Of a stretch of 64,000 bases of DNA, positions 16,413 through 23,789 are shown in pieces. The translations under genes and the position numbers were made by a program. Each line of letters begins with the position of its first letter. The first letter of the stretch is position 1. Source of the DNA: Patescibacteria group bacterium (GTDB taxonomy: Bacteria > Patescibacteriota > Minisyncoccia > Phycocordibacterales > Phycocordibacteraceae). The stretch spans positions 482,859-546,858 of the forward strand of contig JAIETW010000001.1 of the NCBI GenBank assembly GCA_019744845.1, read 5' to 3'. The notes under the pieces are model-generated. The model worked only from the letters and a program-made list of their open reading frames with translations. It was not told the DNA's origin and did not search any database.

Positions 16413-18789
16413 GAGCACGAACAAAAAGAAGCTCGTGCTTCTTGATGCGCACGCGATCATTCACCGTGCGTACCACGCACTCCCGGACTTCACCTCTCCA
16501 AAAGGGGAGCCAACCGGGGCGCTCTACGGCCTTTCTTCCATGCTGCTCCGCATCATGCAGGATCTGAAGCCGGACTACATCGCGGCCTGCTACGATCTTC
16601 CGAAACCAACGGTGCGGCACGAAGCGTACAAAGAATACAAGGGTACGCGCACAAAGACGGATGATGCGCTCATCACGCAGCTTAAGTCGTCTCGCGACGT
16701 GTTCGCTGCCTTTTGCATACCTATATATGAGCGAGAAGGATTTGAAGCAGACGATATCCTCGGCACCATTGCGCACATGCTCAAGGATGATTCTGAGGTA
16801 GACGTCATCATCGCCTCAGGAGATATGGACACACTGCAGCTCGTGGATGGCACGAGAGTGCGTGTGTACACCCTCAAGAAGGGACTGAACGATACGATCA
16901 TGTACGACGAGAAGGCAGTGGAGGCACGCTTCGGATTCTCGCCCGCACTTATCCCTGACTGGAAAGGACTACGGGGAGACCCGTCCGACAACATCAAGGG
17001 CGTGCCGGGTGTTGGAGAGAAGACGGCGACAGACCTCATTGTGAACTTCGGGAGCGTAGAAGAGATCTACAAGAAGCTGAAGAAAAGTGAGAAGACCTTC
17101 CTTGATAAGGGTATTAAGGTGCGCATGGTGAATATTTTGAAGGAGCACGAAGAGGATGCCATGTTCTCCAAGATGATTGCGACTATTCGCACTGATGCAC
17201 CGATTGCGTTCGCGCTTCCTGACGCAGAGCAGGTGGCCGCCACGCGCGGGAAGAAAGTGCTCGCGCTCTTTGATGAGCTCGGCTTCCGTTCACTGCGAGG
17301 GCGCGCTCGTGCGGTCTTGTTCGGAGGGGAAGAAGATGATGACGAGGAAGACGGGGAAGAAGATCTTCCCGTGGAAGAAGTAGATGCAATGAAACTCGCG
17401 GAAGCAAAGGCGATGCTCTGGCTCCTCCACTCTGACTTTACGAACCCAAGCATTGAAGACGTGATCGCGTTTGCAAAGACGCGCACCTTTGAAGATGCGT
17501 ATGCAGAACTTGAGAAGAAAATAAAAGAGACCGGACGACTCGGAGAAGTGTACGAGAATATAGAGCGACCGCTCATCCCGGTGCTCGTGCGCATGAAGGA
17601 GCATGGAGTTCTCATAGACACCAAAGTGCTCACGACGCTCGCGAAGACCTACCGAAAAGAGCTGGAGGCCATAGAAGCCCGCATATACAAGGCTGCAGGG
17701 CACGAATTTAATGTGAGCTCTCCCAAGCAGCTCGGTACGGTGTTGTTTGATGAGCTGAGCCTTGTCGCGAAGGGGCAGAAGAAGACTGCAGGAGGGCAGC
17801 GCTCCACACGTGAGTCAGAGCTAGAGAAGATCAAAGACCTTCATCCAATCGTAGAAGATATTTTGGAATACCGTGAGCTACAGAAGCTTCTCTCCACGTA
17901 CATTGAAAGCATGCCGCCGCTTCTTGATGAAGAGAATCGTCTCCACGCTGATTTCCTTCAGAGCGGAACGACAACGGGACGCATGGCGAGTGCAAACCCA
18001 AACCTGCAGAATATTCCTATCCGTACTGAGCGAGGCCGCGCAATCCGTAACGCGTTTGTCGCACCGAAGGGTTGCACGCTTGTCGCGCTTGATTACTCAC
18101 AGATTGAACTCAGGATTGCCGCGATTCTTTCAGGCGACAAGAAGCTCGGAGATATTTTCCGCAGTGGACGAGACGTACATCAGGAAGTAGCCGCCGCAGT
18201 ATTTAAAGTGGCACCTGAAAACGTAGACGCAGAAATGCGTCGTCGTGCGAAAGCCATTAACTTCGGCATTCTCTACGGCATGGGTGTGAATTCACTTCGC
18301 GCATCTCTTGGTACGACAACTGCAGAAGCACATAAGTTCTACGACGACTACTTCAGCACGTTCTCTACGCTCGCGGAGTATCTAGAAAAGACCAAAGGCT
18401 TTGCACGCAAGAACGGATACACGGAGACTCTCTTTGGTCGCCGTCGTCAGTTCCCAGAAATGAAATCACCACTTCCATATGTCCGTGCACAAGCAGAACG
18501 TATGGCCATCAATGCGCCAATCCAGGGCACTCAGTCTGACATTATTAAGCTCGCGATGGTACGGATTGATGAGTATCTTCGCACCGACGGACACGACGAC
18601 AAGGCGTACCTTCTTCTTCAGGTGCATGATGAGTTGGTGTACGAGATGAGCGAAGATAGGGCACAGGATCTGATACCAAAAATTAAGGAGATTATGGAGC
18701 AGGTACTTCCTCTTGAGGAGGCGCATAACGTGCCAGTGGTCGCTGAAGTAAAGAAGGGCCCCAACTGGGGTACCATGGAGCGCATATGA
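16405..18789 (+). CDS. polA: DNA polymerase I (5'-nuclease plus polymerase; 3'-5' exonuclease domain largely absent)
   Basis: N-terminal 5'-3' exonuclease/FEN domain (LLDAHAIIHRAYHAL). Pol A motifs DYSQIELRIAA, RRRAKAINFGILYG and QVHDELV. Only ~100 aa, including an acidic linker GGEEDDDEEDGEED, lie between the nuclease and polymerase domains. Confidence 0.95.
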   Translation: MPKSTNKKKLVLLDAHAIIHRAYHALPDFTSPKGEPTGALYGLSSMLLRIMQDLKPDYIAACYDLPKPTVRHEAYKEYKGTRTKTDDALITQLKSSRDVFAAFCIPIYEREGFEADDILGTIAHMLKDDSEVDVIIASGDMDTLQLVDGTRVRVYTLKKGLNDTIMYDEKAVEARFGFSPALIPDWKGLRGDPSDNIKGVPGVGEKTATDLIVNFGSVEEIYKKLKKSEKTFLDKGIKVRMVNILKEHEEDAMFSKMIATIRTDAPIAFALPDAEQVAATRGKKVLALFDELGFRSLRGRARAVLFGGEEDDDEEDGEEDLPVEEVDAMKLAEAKAMLWLLHSDFTNPSIEDVIAFAKTRTFEDAYAELEKKIKETGRLGEVYENIERPLIPVLVRMKEHGVLIDTKVLTTLAKTYRKELEAIEARIYKAAGHEFNVSSPKQLGTVLFDELSLVAKGQKKTAGGQRSTRESELEKIKDLHPIVEDILEYRELQKLLSTYIESMPPLLDEENRLHADFLQSGTTTGRMASANPNLQNIPIRTERGRAIRNAFVAPKGCTLVALDYSQIELRIAAILSGDKKLGDIFRSGRDVHQEVAAAVFKVAPENVDAEMRRRAKAINFGILYGMGVNSLRASLGTTTAEAHKFYDDYFSTFSTLAEYLEKTKGFARKNGYTETLFGRRRQFPEMKSPLPYVRAQAERMAINAPIQGTQSDIIKLAMVRIDEYLRTDGHDDKAYLLLQVHDELVYEMSEDRAQDLIPKIKEIMEQVLPLEEAHNVPVVAEVKKGPNWGTMERI

Positions 18790-19436
18790 TGTATCTCTTC
18801 CACGGCTCAGACGCAGGGAAGACGCGCGCAAAAGCGTTTCAATGGATCACTGCCGCACGCGCAAAACAACCAGAGGCACCGTACCTTCGCTTTGACGCGA
18901 CGTCACTTTCTGAAACCGCGCTTCTTAACGCACTCGCAACTCAAGGACTCTTTTTTAAGAAATCCCTCATTCTCATTGATGATCCATTCTCAGTCGCAGA
19001 ATCAGGTGCGGTGGTGGTAGAGCACCTTGAGGAAATACAAAAGACGGAGAACATTGTCGCAATTCTTGCGCCGAAGCTTCTTGCCGCACGCGTAAAGAAA
19101 TTAGAAACGAAAGCAGAAAAAGTATTTGTCTGCGATGCTGCGGAAAAGAAGGTGCGTGGTTTTAACAGTGGGCTCGTGAATGCGCTCGCGGCAAAAGACC
19201 AAGCGCTTCTCTGGAAAGAAGTGGTCAAAGCACTCCGGGAGGGTGACGCCCCAGAAGCAGTACATGGCCTCCTCCACTGGAAAGCGCGTGACATGATGCA
19301 GAAGGGAAGCCCGAAGTGGGGTAAAGACGGTGCACGCGTACTTTCTCGTCGTCTTATTGAACTTCTTTCAGACTCCCGAAGTGGAGATCTTCCACTCGCC
19401 GCATCGCTTGAGCGATTCGCGCTCACGCTTAAATAA
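18786..19436 (+). CDS. Probable DNA polymerase III delta subunit (HolA-like, short)
   Basis: MMYLFHGSDAGKTRAKAF N-terminus resembles the HolA MIYLxHG start. 216 aa. Start codon overlaps the polA stop. Assignment tentative. Confidence 0.5.
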   Translation: MMYLFHGSDAGKTRAKAFQWITAARAKQPEAPYLRFDATSLSETALLNALATQGLFFKKSLILIDDPFSVAESGAVVVEHLEEIQKTENIVAILAPKLLAARVKKLETKAEKVFVCDAAEKKVRGFNSGLVNALAAKDQALLWKEVVKALREGDAPEAVHGLLHWKARDMMQKGSPKWGKDGARVLSRRLIELLSDSRSGDLPLAASLERFALTLK

Positions 19437-19442
19437 ACGTAG

Positions 19443-19515
19443 TCCGCCCGCCAGGGCTCGAACCTGGGACCGTCTCCTTAAAAGGGAGCTGCTCTACCGA
19501 CTGAGCTACGGGCGG
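19443..19515 (-). tRNA. tRNA-Lys (anticodon TTT)
   Basis: Reverse complement folds as a cloverleaf: acceptor CCGCCCG/CGGGCGG, D-arm GCTC-AGTCGGTA-GAGC, anticodon loop CTTTTAA, T-arm CCAGG-TTCGAGC-CCTGG. Confidence 0.85.
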
Positions 19516-19550
19516 CTAAGGGACACCGTACCACCTTGCGACCGTGTTTT

Positions 19551-20468
19551 CTAGTACGCGAACACGTCTACGGTCTTTCCTGCGCTATCCGTGAGACGAA
19601 TGGTCTCATGATTTTCTCGCCACAATTCACGTGCACCACCCAAGAACACACGCCACGTACGCTCAGAGAACTCAGGATCATTCTGATACGCGGCAACACA
19701 GGAGTTGTAATTGAGTCCTTCAAGGAAGGATTCACAACTGTTTGATACATCTGACTGCACGTTCTCAGGTACGGTGCAGCGAGGAATGCTCCATGAGGCA
19801 AGCGCACAATCCTCTTTGTCTGACCGGTCGTACCGCATGAGCACTTCTTCTCGTGCGGTAGGGCAGGCGTCTTCAAGATCAGGTTCAAAGTCCTGGAATT
19901 CATCCAAGTATCCCGTGCAGATACTTTCACGGAAGGAAACGCCGAGAGGAGAGCGTCCGGTGGTGACGACGACTGTCTCTCCAGGGGCAACGACAATAGA
20001 GGAAACGGTATTCACACTTCCTGCACGAGGAATAGATACGCCGCCTGGAATAATCCCACCGACACCAGAGGCCATACTCTCAAGCTTCCACCCGGTCATA
20101 GTGATAGGCGCTTCTGCGCGACGAGACACACTGATACTCAAATACTCTTCGCTTGCCGTGGTCCCACGAGGACCGCTTGGGTTACGGGTGATGGAGACGA
20201 CGCCACGATACTCAGACGTCTCACCATAGGAAGAGAGATCTTCAAGCTGTGCACCAAGATCAAAGAATCCACTGTTGTTTCCAGTGATGCCGCTCGTAAA
20301 CCCAGAACCACGCTTAAGTTCATACGGCTCTGCAAGCTCCCCAGGACCATCAATTGGTTTTACGTACGGGCCTGCAGATGCAAAGGGCTTTGCAGGGCCT
20401 CCTGTCATCACCCAGAGGATGAATACGAAAATAAGAATACCTATGAAGAGAAGCGCATTGTTGCTCAT
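19551..20468 (-). CDS. Hypothetical membrane-anchored or secreted Cys-containing protein
   Basis: N-terminal hydrophobic anchor LLFIGILIFVFILWVMTG. 305 aa. No recognisable catalytic motif. Confidence 0.5.
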   Translation of the reverse strand: MSNNALLFIGILIFVFILWVMTGGPAKPFASAGPYVKPIDGPGELAEPYELKRGSGFTSGITGNNSGFFDLGAQLEDLSSYGETSEYRGVVSITRNPSGPRGTTASEEYLSISVSRRAEAPITMTGWKLESMASGVGGIIPGGVSIPRAGSVNTVSSIVVAPGETVVVTTGRSPLGVSFRESICTGYLDEFQDFEPDLEDACPTAREEVLMRYDRSDKEDCALASWSIPRCTVPENVQSDVSNSCESFLEGLNYNSCVAAYQNDPEFSERTWRVFLGGARELWRENHETIRLTDSAGKTVDVFAY

Positions 20469-20485
20469 GCCTCAATGATACCAGG

Positions 20486-21742
20486 CTAGACTGCGCGCCG
20501 CTGAAGCTCCTCGTGTACTACCTGTGCGTCGCTCCACGGGGTCTTTTTATCCTTCGCTCCCATGATGTAGGGGTCAGTGCCCTTACCAGTGATAAGTACC
20601 ACATCGTCTTCTGCGGCAAGTGAGAGGGCGGTACGGATTGCTTCACGACGGTCCATGACTATCCGTGGCTTCTTCTCCATGCCGTCTGCCATTGCGGCGA
20701 CAATAGCATCTGGATCTTCATCGTACGGATCTTCATTCGTGAGAATAACTTCATGACAGTACTCTTCCGCAATCTTACCCATCTCGGGACGCTTCCAGGT
20801 ATCGCGGCCACCACCAGTGTTTCCAAGTACGCAGATCTTTCGGCGTGCAGGATACGCGTCATAGAGCGCTCGAAGAGAGTCAGGGGTGTGTGCGTAGTCT
20901 ACGACGGCAAGAAAGTTCTGACCCTCATCTATCTGTTCTGCACGACCAGGAATGCGAGAGAGGCTCTGAAGTGCACGCGTGCAAGAAGTCGTGCTTGCAC
21001 CAAGGAACATTGCTGCCTTTACTGCCGCAAGGATATTCATGATGGAGAACACGCCTGGATGCGGGGAGGTGATCGTGGCCCCGTTAAACGTGAAGCGTAC
21101 GGACTCATGTTCCATCACTACGTTCTGCGCATCTCCGTATGAAAAGGGAACCGACTCTTCAACCGGTAATTCCAAGAAACGAATACCGTATGGGTCGTCG
21201 GCATTTGCCACGATTGCGCGAGGACGTTTCTCTGAGCTCGCAAGCTCTTTTCCAATGCGGTACTTCGCGGCGAAGTAATTCTCCATACTTCCATGTGACT
21301 CAATATGTTCACGCGTAAGGTTAGTGAACACCAGTACGTTGAGGGAAGTAAAGAGATGTCGGTACTGGAGTGTGCTTTCGCTCGTGAGCTCCACAACGAC
21401 GTGAGTGCAGCCTGCGTTCTTTGCCTCACGAAAGAATCGTTGCAAAAACCCGCGCCCGGGAAGCGTCATCTTATAGAGATTTGGATGTGATTCGTTTCCT
21501 ATCTTGAAACGGATCGTGCTTGAGAGCGCAACAGTGTGTCCATCCTCTTCAAGAATGGCAGCAATCATTTCTGAGACTGAAGATTTTCCTTTGGTACCGG
21601 TGACACCGATGATGATCATGTCTCGTGCAGGAAATCCGTACCAGAGCGCACTCCCAAATGCCCAGAGATAGTGATAGGGACGAAGAAGTGCCCGGTATAC
21701 GGGACGCGGAAGAATGGTAGAGAGAATATGCCGAAGTCTCAT
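20486..21742 (-). CDS. Mur ligase family protein (MurE-like)
   Basis: ATP-binding P-loop GVTGTKGKSS. DYAHTPDSL motif, as in the MurE DYAHTPDAL. At 418 aa it is shorter than canonical MurE, so exact specificity is uncertain. Confidence 0.6.
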   Translation of the reverse strand: MRLRHILSTILPRPVYRALLRPYHYLWAFGSALWYGFPARDMIIIGVTGTKGKSSVSEMIAAILEEDGHTVALSSTIRFKIGNESHPNLYKMTLPGRGFLQRFFREAKNAGCTHVVVELTSESTLQYRHLFTSLNVLVFTNLTREHIESHGSMENYFAAKYRIGKELASSEKRPRAIVANADDPYGIRFLELPVEESVPFSYGDAQNVVMEHESVRFTFNGATITSPHPGVFSIMNILAAVKAAMFLGASTTSCTRALQSLSRIPGRAEQIDEGQNFLAVVDYAHTPDSLRALYDAYPARRKICVLGNTGGGRDTWKRPEMGKIAEEYCHEVILTNEDPYDEDPDAIVAAMADGMEKKPRIVMDRREAIRTALSLAAEDDVVLITGKGTDPYIMGAKDKKTPWSDAQVVHEELQRRAV

Positions 21743-21744
21743 AG

Positions 21745-22299
21745 TTACCGTGTTGCTGAAGAAAGTGCTGCCTTGAGGCGCGCGTCTTTGCCAGTGATAT
21801 CTCCCGGAACGAGCGCAAGCGCACGACGTGCTTCACGGTCGGTGTATCCAAGTGCTACGAGCGTATCAAATACATCTGAATCCTCTCCTTCATGAGGAGC
21901 AGAAGACACTCCGACTTTCTCTGAAAGCTCCACTACAAGTTTCTCTGCTGCCTTCTTTCCGAGGCCCACAACACGCGTGAGATAGGATATATCACGCTTC
22001 GCGATCGCGCCCTCAAGCGCTTCTCGCGGTGCACGGCGAAGAATGGAGAGGGCAGTCTTTGGCCCTACTCCAGAGACGAGCAAACAGAGCTGGAAGAAGC
22101 GGACGTCAGCGGCATCGGTGAATCCATAGAGCTCTACACCGTCTTGCTTGAAGGCCAGGTGTGTTTGCATGTGGGTTTCCTGTCCGACCATGAGCCCCTC
22201 GGAGGAAATCATGGACACAAAGACCCCCCAGCCCGCCACATCTACGACGGCACCCTCAGGCTCTACCGACACCACGGTTCCTCGTATCTCACGTATCAT
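21745..22299 (-). CDS. ruvA: Holliday junction DNA helicase subunit RuvA
   Basis: MIREIRGTVVSVEPEGAVVDVAGWGVFV OB-fold N-terminus, HhH motifs and C-terminal domain III. 184 aa. Confidence 0.9.
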   Translation of the reverse strand: MIREIRGTVVSVEPEGAVVDVAGWGVFVSMISSEGLMVGQETHMQTHLAFKQDGVELYGFTDAADVRFFQLCLLVSGVGPKTALSILRRAPREALEGAIAKRDISYLTRVVGLGKKAAEKLVVELSEKVGVSSAPHEGEDSDVFDTLVALGYTDREARRALALVPGDITGKDARLKAALSSATR

Positions 22300-22353
22300 T
22301 CACCCCATCCTACCATTTGCGCGAAAAAGGGAGATAGCGTACTATGCCGCGAC

Positions 22354-22611
22354 ATGGCAATCACGAAATCAGCAAAGAAAGCGCACCGCGCCTCCCTTAA
22401 CAAGAAGGTGTTTAACCTTCGTCGCAAGCGTGCACTTAACGATTCCACCAAGGAGGTTAAGAAGCTCATTGCAGAAGGAAAGGGAAAGGATGCGGCTGCG
22501 TCACTTTCCGCTGCCTACAAGGCAATTGATAAGGCAGCAAAGCGCGGAGTGATCAAGAAAAACACCGCCGCTCGTAAGAAGTCCCGCCTCGCAAAGGCAC
22601 TCGCAAAATAA
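22354..22611 (+). CDS. rpsT: 30S ribosomal protein S20
   Basis: MAITKSAKKAHRASLNKKVFNLRRKRAL...AARKKSRLAKALAK. The internal ATG at 22354 gives the canonical 85-aa S20. The longer ORF-track version overlaps ruvA and is rejected. Confidence 0.9.
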   Translation: MAITKSAKKAHRASLNKKVFNLRRKRALNDSTKEVKKLIAEGKGKDAAASLSAAYKAIDKAAKRGVIKKNTAARKKSRLAKALAK

Positions 22612-22614
22612 GAA

Positions 22615-22637
22615 GCCGCCCCGAGGGGCGGTTTTTT
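22615..22637 (+). terminator. Rho-independent terminator of rpsT
   Basis: CCGCCCC-GA-GGGGCGG hairpin followed by TTTTTT. Confidence 0.7.
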
Positions 22638-22641
22638 CATG

Positions 22642-22713
22642 TGCTCTCGGCAGGAATCGAACCTGCATTTCCTCCTTCGGAGGGAGATGTCCTATCCATT
22701 GAACGACGAGAGC
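22642..22713 (-). tRNA. tRNA-Arg (anticodon CCG)
   Basis: Reverse complement GCTCTCGTCGTTCAATGGATAGGACATCTCCCTCCGAAGGAGGAAATGCAGGTTCGATTCCTGCCGAGAGCA. 7-bp acceptor, D-arm, anticodon loop CTCCGAA, T-arm GCAGG-TTCGATT-CCTGC. Confidence 0.85.
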
Positions 22714-22853
22714 GTTCCGGGGACTATAGCACTATTTACAGTGGTGCTCTCAAGCAAGTAAGGGCACTTTTCTGGAGATTGTTTGGAAGTCCTATTTAGT
22801 ATCAATTCAAACTTGCTTATTATATGGCTTGGGAATTGAACATTTTTTAACCC

Positions 22854-22893
22854 CTTATAAATAATTGACGTATTTATAAGGATGTTATACATT
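22854..22893 (+). promoter_or_regulatory. Promoter with operator: perfect 10-bp inverted repeat overlapping the -35 hexamer
   Basis: CTTATAAATA (22854-22863), 7-bp spacer ATTGACG, TATTTATAAG (22871-22880). TTGACG (22865-22870) is a near-consensus -35. TATACA/TACATT lies 15-17 bp downstream as -10. The transcript would start at or just before ATG 22900 (leaderless). Confidence 0.45.
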
Positions 22894-22899
22894 TACAAT

Positions 22900-23130
22900 A
22901 TGAGTAAACCTAAAGATCAGGAAAATTCACGGGACAGATTTAAACGTCTTGCCACACAGCGCACCAACAACGTTTTGCAGAAATTAAAAGTTTTAGGCAA
23001 CTGCTCAAATCGCAGTGTGTATGAATACGATGAGGAAGATATCTCAAAAATATTCTCCGAAATTGAAAAGCGTGTAAGAGAAACCAAGGCCAAGTTTCAC
23101 TTTTCCAAAAGGAGTGTTTTTAAGCTCTAA
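22900..23130 (+). CDS. Islet gene 1: small basic helical protein (76-82 aa), hypothetical
   Basis: MSKPKDQENSRDRFKRLATQRTNNVLQKLKVLGN.... Lys/Arg-rich, no TM segment. The ORF track starts at 22882; ATG 22900 fits the predicted promoter better. First gene of the operon, 3 nt before gene 2. Confidence 0.45.
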   Translation: MSKPKDQENSRDRFKRLATQRTNNVLQKLKVLGNCSNRSVYEYDEEDISKIFSEIEKRVRETKAKFHFSKRSVFKL

Positions 23131-23133
23131 ACT

Positions 23134-23787
23134 ATGACCGACCATAAAAAATCTATTCTTGCCCTTAAGCCCTTTCCGGCAAAATCTTACGCCGAAGTAG
23201 ATCTTGATCGGCTAGCGGTCTATGCACTTTATACGTTAGACCAAAAACACCTGCCCTTGTATTTCGAATATGCAGCAGTGGCCCTTTTTAGATTGTTCCC
23301 TAAGAAGTTCTCCATGGCTAACTTTAGTCGTTACCCTGATACTTATAGGATCAACAACTCACTGAGACGGCTTGTGGGTGGGCTGGGAACAAAAAGTGAA
23401 AAAGCGGGGTGGGTATCAGGAAGCGTTGAGCATGGGTTCCGAATGACCGATGTAGGGATAGAGATTGCCAAACAGATGGATTTATTACTAAAAGCTCCTG
23501 CCGGAAATAAGCCTGTTAAGCCTCTAGTTTCAAAAACCAGAGGAAGATTTTCTAGCGATGACGTGAAAGAAATTAGAGCATCAGGTGCGTTTGATAAGTG
23601 GCAGACAGGGAAAGAAATTAATGGCCATGAGTTCCTTGCTTTTCTTAAGGCGCCGCCCTATACCCCGAAACACCTCTTGGCAGCCCACCTAACTCGTCTT
23701 AAGGATTCTGCACTAACTGCCAAAGACGGTGTAGTAATAAAGTTTCTTGCTCACATGGAACAAAAATTTAAGGACCTCATAAACTAA
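23134..23787 (+). CDS. Islet gene 2: hypothetical protein (217 aa)
   Basis: Tightly coupled on both sides (3-nt and 2-nt gaps). No recognisable motif. AT-rich codon usage matches the islet. Confidence 0.5.
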   Translation: MTDHKKSILALKPFPAKSYAEVDLDRLAVYALYTLDQKHLPLYFEYAAVALFRLFPKKFSMANFSRYPDTYRINNSLRRLVGGLGTKSEKAGWVSGSVEHGFRMTDVGIEIAKQMDLLLKAPAGNKPVKPLVSKTRGRFSSDDVKEIRASGAFDKWQTGKEINGHEFLAFLKAPPYTPKHLLAAHLTRLKDSALTAKDGVVIKFLAHMEQKFKDLIN

Positions 23788-23789
23788 CT

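Noticed and set aside
17067-17703. Ser-rich minus-strand ORFs (188 aa, 137 aa, 74 aa) inside polA
   Set aside because: They are antisense to polA, whose motifs are unambiguous. Composition (poly-Ser/Ala/Arg) is typical of spurious antisense frames.
22144-22353. Long form of the rpsT ORF (155 aa) and ORF 22148..22552
   Set aside because: The upstream portion overlaps the ruvA start on the opposite strand. The internal ATG at 22354 gives the canonical 85-aa S20.
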